This document shows positions 55,286-64,000 of a stretch of DNA of 64,000 nt, piece after piece. The notes under the pieces were generated by a model that was not told the origin of the DNA, did no database searches, and was given only the letters and a program-made list of their open reading frames with translations. Position numbers and translations under genes: made by a program. The DNA comes from Eledone cirrhosa. Taxonomy: Eukaryota. The stretch spans positions 237,274,001 to 237,338,000 of the forward strand of contig OZ024743.1 of assembly GCA_964016885.1 (NCBI GenBank), given 5' to 3'. Numbering within the stretch: position 1 is the first letter of the stretch; each line of letters starts with the position of its first letter.

Positions 55286-55887
55286 AGTGTAAGTTTCTAC
55301 ACAAAACGAAGGTTATAGAGAAAATTGAGGTTGGTAATGGCACATGGAATATATAAGAGACAGAATACTTTTTTGTGAAAAAACATATAATTTTATAAGG
55401 TAAGGAAAGAATAAAGGGTATAAAAATTGACCGGTTTCGATGGGTCTGCAAAAGCCATCTTTTCAAATGTTGATTAATATTAAGAAAAATTAATAATAAG
55501 AAGAGTTAAAATTTGAGATTTGAAAATTCAAGTATAAAATTCAGTGTGGGATTTCATAGTAGTTTTCATCTTGGTAGCAGCAAGTTGACTGCTGTGTGCC
55601 TTTCACTACCAGAAAGGCACACAGCAGTCAACTTGCTGCTACCAAGATGAAAACTACTATGAAATCCCACACTGAATTTTATACTTGAATTTTCAAATCT
55701 CAAATTTTAACTCTTCTTATTATTAATTTTTCTTAATATTAATCAACATTTGAAAAGATGGCTTTTGCAGACCCATCGAAACCGGTCAATTTTTATACCC
55801 TTTATTCTTTCCTTATCTTATAAAATTGTTTTTTCACAAAAAAGTATTCTGTCTCTTATATATTCCATGTGCCATTACCAACCTCAA

Positions 55888-55897
<10 letters not shown>
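55280..55897. mobile_element. ORF-less palindromic derivative of the Neptune PLE 3' end
   Basis: near-identical to 7441-7765 and 10531-10827; arms joined at TTC microhomology (~55602); (TA)n/(CT)n flanks. Confidence 0.92.
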
Positions 55898-55949
<52 letters not shown>

Positions 55950-56164
55950 GGGATAACAAGTTATCGTTTTAGGTAATCCAGTTAGAGGTTGTGAGTACTC
56001 TGTACTATGGATAATTTTAATGTACGGCGTTGTTTGACTCAACAAGAGGTTTCCTTAGTTAGGTAGCGAGTTTGGGAGAATTCCCATGCAGGTTATTCTT
56101 GGAGTAATAGTAGTGAAAGAGTGAAGAATAACATGGTCGGCTGTACAAAAAGGGTTTTATTTAC

Positions 56165-56825
56165 AGTATTAACAATTGTTTCATTGATCAGGTGAGTCTA
56201 AAGGCCACTAATCACTCGAAATTGCGTCACTCGACCTTAAATACAGTGTATGTCCCTGATCAAATCATCGCAATAATCTTCACTCTTTCACTATATATAT
56301 ATATGGACCCTCAAATTCGTCGGATTCCTACATTGGATTTTTACTCGAACTCTATTTGAACTTCACTTGGATATCTTTTCGGATCACTGGATTTTCTGAT
56401 AGCTTTTTGCTTTACACCAACATACAAAGACTCACAACCACTTTTTCCACCACTTTTCTCTTCCTACTACTCCCTTCTCCTCAATCTTTCTATTTCTTCT
56501 TTAATTTCTCATTCTATTTTCTGATGAAGGACCAGCGTCCAAACGTCAAGAATTTTTGGTACTATATATAAACTAATAATATATTTTTACATTGTACTGT
56601 GTGGTTTGCTTTATTTCTGTTCGTCTTTTGCATACACACACACACACACAGGCAGACACGCACACACACACACACACCGACTTAATACGCACGTGTTTTT
56701 TCTCCCCAATTTTTTTCTCATTCTCCCCGTTCCTTCCTCTCAACACTCTTTACTTTCTATTCATCTTCTATTTCTAACTCTAACTTCCGATGAAGTACTA
56801 GTGTCCGAAACGTTAAAACTCGCTT
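56165..56825. ncRNA. cluster of three hammerhead-like motifs (~56167-56275 -, 56518-56550 +, 56784-56817 +)
   Basis: CGATGA-tttgatcagg...cctgatcaat-GAAACAATTGTT; CTGATGAaggaccagcgtccAAACGTC; CCGATGAagtactagtgtccGAAACGTT. Confidence 0.6.
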
Positions 56826-56921
56826 CCTGCTATTTCAAGCGTTAAAAAAAACTCTAATATATTTCTTCCCTGTACTGTGCCGTTTGTTTTTTATCTTTTA
56901 TTATTACTTTTACCTACCCAT

Positions 56922-56983
<62 letters not shown>

Positions 56984-57711
56984 GAATAAACAAGAGAGAT
57001 GAACACTAATATAAACATACATGTGTCCGAATCGTAAGGACTAGGTTTGCTAGGGTGAAAAAATACTAACTACAGCAATATGGTTTGCCAGACTTAATTT
57101 AAAGTAGTAAATTAAGAAAAATAATAACAAACCTATATTGGGCAACTGCTAGACAATTATGGAAACTGTTTCGCAAAATCATATTAAGCGAAGTCATCAC
57201 CATTTCTCTGCTAATCAGTAGGTGTTGAGAAATTAGCGTTCCTTCCACTTCTAAAAATATTAGAAGACTGAATTGCGTGCGATATGAAATATTACTTTGA
57301 GTTTCTAACTCAGTATATATTTGTCGGCTCATGTAGAGCTAATTTTAATGTCGTGTTAACCAGGCTGCTATTTTTAGCGGCATAGGTTTTCGAGACAAGC
57401 TAGGCTCCGAAGACATGTGCGTTATTTCATATCGCACACAATTCAGTCTTCTAATATTTTTAGAAGTGTGTGTATATTATATGTGTATATATTACCCAGT
57501 GTGTGTATGTGTATATATTACCCAGTGTGTGTATGTGTACATGTTACCCAGTATGTGTATGTGTACATGTTACCCAGTATGTGTATGTGTACTCGTGATC
57601 TTGTCAATGGACAACAACTAAAGTCTATGTCAAAAAACAGGTGAACAATTGTATAGTTTTAAAGACCTGCTTCCTAGCTATGTTTGTCTCATACAACAGT
57701 GTCTGATGTTA

Positions 57712-59985
57712 CCCCCATCACAGTCCTCTCCCCCTACTGGGGCTCTAGTCCCCTCATCACAGTCCTCTCCTCTCTACTAGGGCTCTAGTCCTCACATCAC
57801 AGTCCTCTCCCCCCTAATAGGGCACTACTGCCCACATCACAGTCCTCTCCCCTCTACTAGGGCTCTAGTCCTCACATCACAGTCCTCTCCCCCCGAACTA
57901 GATCTCTAGTCCCCACATCACAGTCCTCTCCCGACAACTAGGGCTCTAGTCGCCGCATCACAGATCCTCTCCCCTCAACTAGGGCTCTAGTCCCTACATG
58001 ACAGTCCTCTCCCGCCAACTAGCGCTCTAGTCCCCACATCACAGTCCTCTCCCTCCTACTGGGGCTCTAGTCCCCACATCACAGTCCTCTCCCTCCTACT
58101 GGGGCTCTAGTCCCCACATCACAGTCCTCTCCCCCCTTCTAGGGCTCTAGTCCTCTCCCCCCTACTAGGGCTCTAGTTCCCGCATCACAGTCCTCTCACC
58201 CCAACTAAGGCTCTAATCCCCACATCACAGTCCTCTCCTCGCGACTAGGGCTCTAGTCCTCACATCACACTCCTCTCCCCCCTACTGGGGCTCTAGTCCT
58301 CTCCCCTCTACTAGGGCTCTAGTCCTCACATCACAGTCCTCTCCCCCCTACTAGGGCTCTAGTCCCCACATCACAGTCTCCCCCCCCAACTAGGGCTCTA
58401 GTTCCCACACCACAGTCCTCTCGCCCCCCCGACTGGGGCTCTAGTCCCCACATCTCAGTCCTCTCCCCCCTACTGGAGCTATAGTCCTCACATCACAGTC
58501 CTCTCCCTCCTACTAGGACTCTAGTCCCCACATCACATTCCTCTCGCCCCAATTAGGGGTCTAGTCCCTACATCACAGTCCTCCCCCCCCAATTAGGGCT
58601 CTAGTCCCCATATCACAGTCCTCTCCCTCGAATTAGGGCTCTAGTCTCCACATCAGTCCTCTCCCCTCTACTAGGGCTCTAGTCCCCACATCACAGTCCT
58701 CTCACCCCGAACTAGATCTCTAGTCCCCGCATCACAGTCCTCTCCCCCCAACTAGGGCTCTAGTCGCCGCATCACAGTCCTCTCCCCCAAACTAAGGCTC
58801 TAGTCCCCACATCAGAGTCCTCTCCCCTCAACTAGGACTCTAGTCCCTACATGACAGTCCTCTCCCGCCAACTAGGGCTTTAGTCCCCACATCACAGTCC
58901 TCTCCCCCTACTAGGGCTCTAGTCCCGCATCACACTCCTCTCCCCCCAACTAGGGCTCTAGTCGCGACATCACAGTCCTCTCCCTCCAACTAGGGCTCTA
59001 GTCCCCACATCACAGTCCTCTCCCCCCCTACTGGGGCTCTAGTCCCCATATCACAGTCCTCTCCCTCCTACTGGGGCTCTAATCCTCACATCATAGTCCT
59101 CTACTCTCTACTAGGGCTCTAGTCCTCTCCTCTCTACTAGGGCTCTAGTCCTCACATCACAGTCCTCTCCCCCCGAACTAGATCTCTAGTCCCCACATCA
59201 CAGTCCTCTCCCCACAACTAGGGCTCTAGTCGCCGCATCACCGTCCTCTCCCCCAAACTAGGGCTCTAGTCCCCACATCACAGTCCTCTCCCCTCAACTA
59301 GGGCTCTAGTCCCCACATCACAGTCCTCTCCCGCCAACTAGGGCTCTAGGCCCCACATCACAGTCCTCTCCCCCCTACTAGGGCTCTAGTCCCCACATCA
59401 CAGTCCTCTCCCCCTACTAGGGCTCTAGTCCCCACATCACAGTCCTCTCCCCCTACTAGGGCTCTAGTCCCCACATCACAGTCCTCTCCCCCCTACTAGG
59501 GCTCTAGTCCCCACATCACAGTCCTCTCCCCCTACTAGGGCTCTAGTCCCCACATCACAGTCCTCTCCCCCCTACTAGGGCTCTAGTCCCCACATCACAG
59601 TCCTCTCCCCCTACTAGGGCTCTAGTCCCCACATCACAGTCCTCTCCCCCCTACTAGGGCTCTAGTCCCCACATCACAGTCCTCTCCCCCTACTAGGACT
59701 CTAGTCCTCACATCACAGTCCTCTCTCTCCTACTAGGGCTTTAGTCCCCGCATCACCGTCCTCTCTCTCCTACTAGGGCTTTAGTCCTCACATCACAGTC
59801 CTCTCCTCCTATTAGGGCTCTAGTCTCCACATCACAGTCCTCACCCCCTACTAGGGCTCTAGTCTCCACATCACAGTCCCCCCCCCCCCTTTCTAGGGCT
59901 CTAGTCCTCGCATCACAGTCTTCTCAAACCCCCCCCCCCCTACTAGGGCTCTAGTCCCCACATCACAGTCCTCCCTCCGCTACTG
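57712..59985. repeat. ~39-40-bp C-rich minisatellite, ~2.3 kb
   Basis: cacatcacagtcctctccccctactagggctctagtccc. Confidence 0.95.
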
Positions 59986-60264
59986 ACAACGAGGGCTTTA
60001 GTCCTGATAATTACTTTAATCCCCATTAAATGAAGATCTAATAAATACAAAGAAAGAAAAGAGAAAGGAGAGAGGAGAGGGGGAGAGGAGGAGAGGAAAT
60101 GAGAGAGGAGAGGTGTGAGGGGAGGGGCCAGGAGAGGAGAGGTGAGGGAGAGAGGAGGAGGAGGATGTGAGGGGAGAGGAGGGGCCAGGAAAGGAGAGAG
60201 GAGGAGGAAAGAGGTGAGGAGAGGGGAGAAGGAGAGGAGAAGTTTGTCCTTCCCCCTCTGTCAT

Positions 60265-61145
60265 GTCACCAGGCAGGTTCCCCCAACACGCCACTTTCAA
60301 CGACATATTGAGAAGGAGCCTGGAGCCAGCAGGCCTAGACCGCAGAGACGGCAAGCACTCCAACGGAGTTACCCTCTTCCCGTTCGAAGGAGCTAGATCC
60401 CTGGGACGCCACCTGCTGCGACACCTTCTCCGCCTCCAACTTAGTAGCTTCGGCCACAAACCCCGGTACTACGGCCCACAATGCAGAGGAAAGGAAGACG
60501 AACAAATTGCGGAGATTGTCCGGCCGCTTCCTCTTCGCATCGGTCACCATCGAGACCTCAGGTGTACTTGGACCCCGTACTGCCGAGCTCCTCCGCAAGA
60601 TCGGAATGTCAGAAGCCCGTCTGAGGAAGGAACTCCGCCAGGTGGGGTGGCTGTTACAGCGGCTGCTGATGGCCATTCATCATCATCATCATTTAACATC
60701 TATCTTCCACGCTAGCATGGGTTAGACGGGAATGGTCTCACTTGAGGCAAGGTTGGTCGGGTGACCATGTCTCGCTCGTATAGGTCTATCTGGCATGTTT
60801 TCTACGGCTGGATGCCCTTCCTAACACCAACCGCATTTACAGTGTGGACTGGGAACCTTTTACCGTGTTACCTACACGACCACATTACAGCGTGGACTGT
60901 GTGTTTTTGTCGTGACACCTACACGACCTCATTTATTTAGGACTGGATGTTGTACCAACATAACTTTACAGAGAGAGGGGTGGTGTTGGTGGGAGTGTGG
61001 GGGGAGTAAGGGTAGTGGATTGGGGTGTATATTTGGTTAAGAGGTGCCTACTGACTGTAGGTTTCGCTTTGTACATAGGCAAGGCGTGTCTTCTCTATTA
61101 CTGCGTGGCCATTGTCCACGGAAATGCTTTTGCGGTCTTGTCCGC
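60265..61145 (+). mobile_element. CRE-like (restriction-like endonuclease) non-LTR relic interrupted by an RTE 3' end
   Basis: HATFNDILRRSL...GL.R.DGK..NGVTLFPF...WDATCCDT...IETSGVLG...LLQRL..AI / VHGNA; frameshifted. Confidence 0.7.
60678..61105 (-). mobile_element. RTE 3' end (ORF end + complete 3' UTR) with TSD; fragments of this UTR recur at ~650-750, 15690-15955, 17345-17690, 24660-24795, 26815-27220
   Basis: 8-bp TSD tggccatt (60670-77, 61106-13); (CAT)n tail; matches 16630-17040. Confidence 0.85.
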
Positions 61146-61830
61146 CCATCATCCCCTCCCTTACTCCTCTCATTATTTTCTGACCCCACAACCTTTGCCC
61201 ATCCCTTCATTTTCTGTTGTTATATGAAATAGATTTGTTTATGATTTTATAATTTTTATTGATAAAACGTTTTCTAATTACCAGTTATGTACTGGTGTAT
61301 ATATTTGATGGGGGCGACGTCGTCATCTCCCTCTTTCTGTCACACACACACACACACACACTCTCTCTCTCTCACACACACACACACACTCTCTCTGTCA
61401 CACATACCACACACTCTCTCTCTCACACACACACACACTCTCTCTCACACACACACACACTCTCTCTCTCTCACACACACACCACACACTCTCTCTCTCA
61501 CACACACACCACACACTCTCTCTCTAAACAAATGGTATTCCATGTATCTATGTACATCTCTCTCACTTGGTGCCCCCTCTCTCTATATAAAGTGAGCGTG
61601 ACTGACAGACAGACAGCGCTCTTATAATGATTTCTGACACAAGGCCAGCAATTTTTTTGGGGGGGGGGGGGGGGGGGTCGATTAAATCGACGGCTGAGCT
61701 CTTGCCGTTTCGACAGCTAATATCCAGCTGTCGGGCCTCGAATCATATATATATATATTAGAAAGTGAGTTTTTTTTTACAAAATGAAAAATAACTGAGG
61801 TGTCCTACACGAGTGAAAGTATAAAGAAAA

Positions 61831-62107
61831 AAAGATGAAATCGAAAATGCAACTGGAGTCTTATTTTAAAAAAAATATATATATTTATTTGGTTCCTTTA
61901 CCGGTTTCGCAGTTCTTCTGCTTTTCAAAAGTAGAGTTGAGATGGAGGGTCTGTGGTTTTTCTCACAGTTGAGATGTGAGAAAAACCACAGACCCTCCAT
62001 CTCAACTCTACTTTTGAAAAGCAGAAGAACTGCGAAACCGGTAAAGGAACCAAATAAATATATATATTTTTTTTAAAATAAGACTCCAGTTGCATTTTCG
62101 ATTTCAT

Positions 62108-62111
<4 letters not shown>
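61831..62111. repeat. near-perfect 137-bp-arm fold-back; hammerhead at 62011-62046 (+) and mirror (U3-A8)
   Basis: ctt-TTGAAAA-gcag/aagaa/ctgc-GAAAC-cg-GTA-aag, then AATAAA and (TA)n. Confidence 0.88.
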
Positions 62112-62166
<55 letters not shown>

Positions 62167-62605
62167 ACGTCAAGACGGGCGGTCTCAAAAGTGAAACTAA
62201 TTTTACGATTGTGAATTTGTTTGTTTTTTTACAACAGGTCTCAATAGTGAAAGTATAATGCAGACACGCGCAATTGTATGGATTTCTTAATATATATATA
62301 TGTGTGGGTGTGTATATGTGTGTATATATATGTGTTTGTATATATATATGTGTTTGTGTCATCATCATCGTTTAACGTCTATCTTCCACGCAAGCATGGG
62401 TTTAGACGTATATATGTTTGTGTGTATATATGTGTTTGTGTGTATATATATGTGTGTTTGTGTGTATATATATGTGGCCACATACACATATATATATATA
62501 CAGACACATATATATACACACAAACACACATATATATACACACAAACACATATATACACACAAACATATATATACGTCTAAACCCATGCTTGCGTGGGTT
62601 TAGAC

Positions 62606-62639
<34 letters not shown>

Positions 62640-63039
62640 AGAAGAACTTTATGAAACGGAAATGCGGGTATAAAGAATTTTTATACCCGCATTTCCGTTT
62701 CATAAACTTCTCCATATTTTCTCCGGATTTTAAAACACACTTTATTATACGTTGAGTAATCTCTGACGTCGGTTGACTCCATCCAATGCAACTACTTAGT
62801 AACATTGGAATACAAATTTACTAATTATATATATATATATATATAAAATAATATATGTACTAATAAACACATATAATTGTTTCTACTTTAGGCACAAGGC
62901 CAGCAATTACTCAGTGCATTACTGGTATAATGCTCAGTATTTATACTTTGAGCCTCTTAATGACAGGGTATCAATATGAGTTATTAACTCTGCATTTTAT
63001 TTATATATATATATATATATGGTATTAAGATTGGTACTC

Positions 63040-63198
<159 letters not shown>

Positions 63199-63514
63199 GA
63201 CCTTACTTACTGTGGTTACCTCCGATTCAACCCGGAATAACTTATATATATATATATTATTCAAAATATTAACAAATGAAAAATATTCTCATAATCAAAA
63301 TATATACTTTATTATATATATTTCAAAGGTACTGTGTTGTTTTCTCAGTACGTTCTCATCAGACAAAATATATGATTTGATATATGACATATATATATAT
63401 ATATATATATATAGTGGTACAACACTGGAAGGTAATACCCGTAGTGGTAGAGCACTCAGTCCATGGGACGAGTTAGATAGAAATGGTTACACAACAGTTA
63501 GTTCACCATACCGA

Positions 63515-63627
63515 GAACAATTGTTTCACCTTAGCGGATCCTCAGGAATAACAAAAATAACGAAACAAACGGATATATATATATATATATATATATATCC
63601 GTTTGTTTCGATATTTTTGTTATTCCT
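63515..63627. repeat. minus-strand hammerhead-like motif (63515-63548) plus inverted repeat enclosing (TA)n
   Basis: minus strand CTGAGGA-t-cc/gctaa/gg-t-GAAAC-aatt-GTTC; arms 63544-63572/63598-63627. Confidence 0.6.
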
Positions 63628-63956
63628 GTTTACCTTTTACAGACACACACACGCTGAGAGTGTGTGTGTACGTGTGTAATATATACATATTGCAGCAATA
63701 CTATCAACCTATTGACTTATCTCTAAATTAGAGTGAAACCCCAGCGTCCTTTCTTCAGATGTGTCAATCAATCCACCTTCTCCTTCACATCTTATTCCAA
63801 ACTCTTTTCTTCCTTATTATTCTTCCACTTTTTCTTCTTTATTTATTAAGACTACATACATCTGTGTTCATACTCGTTATAGGAAGTGTTTACACGCACA
63901 TACATACATACATACATACATACATACATACATACATACATACATACATACATACA

Positions 63957-63989
<33 letters not shown>

Positions 63990-64000
63990 GATGGCTGCCA

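Overview
AT-rich, microsatellite-saturated animal DNA; the repeat landscape suggests an octopus/coleoid cephalopod (inference only). One host gene is present: an intact 9-exon, minus-strand SLC2A13/HMIT-like sugar-porter (CDS 36843->2774, 1728 nt, 575 aa by manual splicing; all introns GT-AG, phases consistent). It has Gln in place of the TM1 proton-coupling Asp and altered sugar-binding residues. The rest is transposon and satellite DNA: a Neptune-type Penelope-like element (PLE), CR1, RTE and CRE-like LINEs, DD37D maT and mariner relics, hAT- and piggyBac-like MITEs, Helitron-like relics, a solo LTR and tRNA-derived SINEs. The main signal not shown by the ORF track is about 20 short, mostly unrelated fold-back (inverted-repeat) elements, usually in or beside (TA)n tracts. 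Most carry a minimal type-I hammerhead ribozyme motif in outward-pointing arms, and several show the compensatory U3-A8 core pair. One family is demonstrably the 3' end of the Neptune PLE in this window. A Gypsy-derived insertion resembling captured reverse-transcription intermediates (inverted LTR end terminating in a tRNA-Trp PBS) is also present. Coordinates were read by eye; repeat ends may be off by a few bases.
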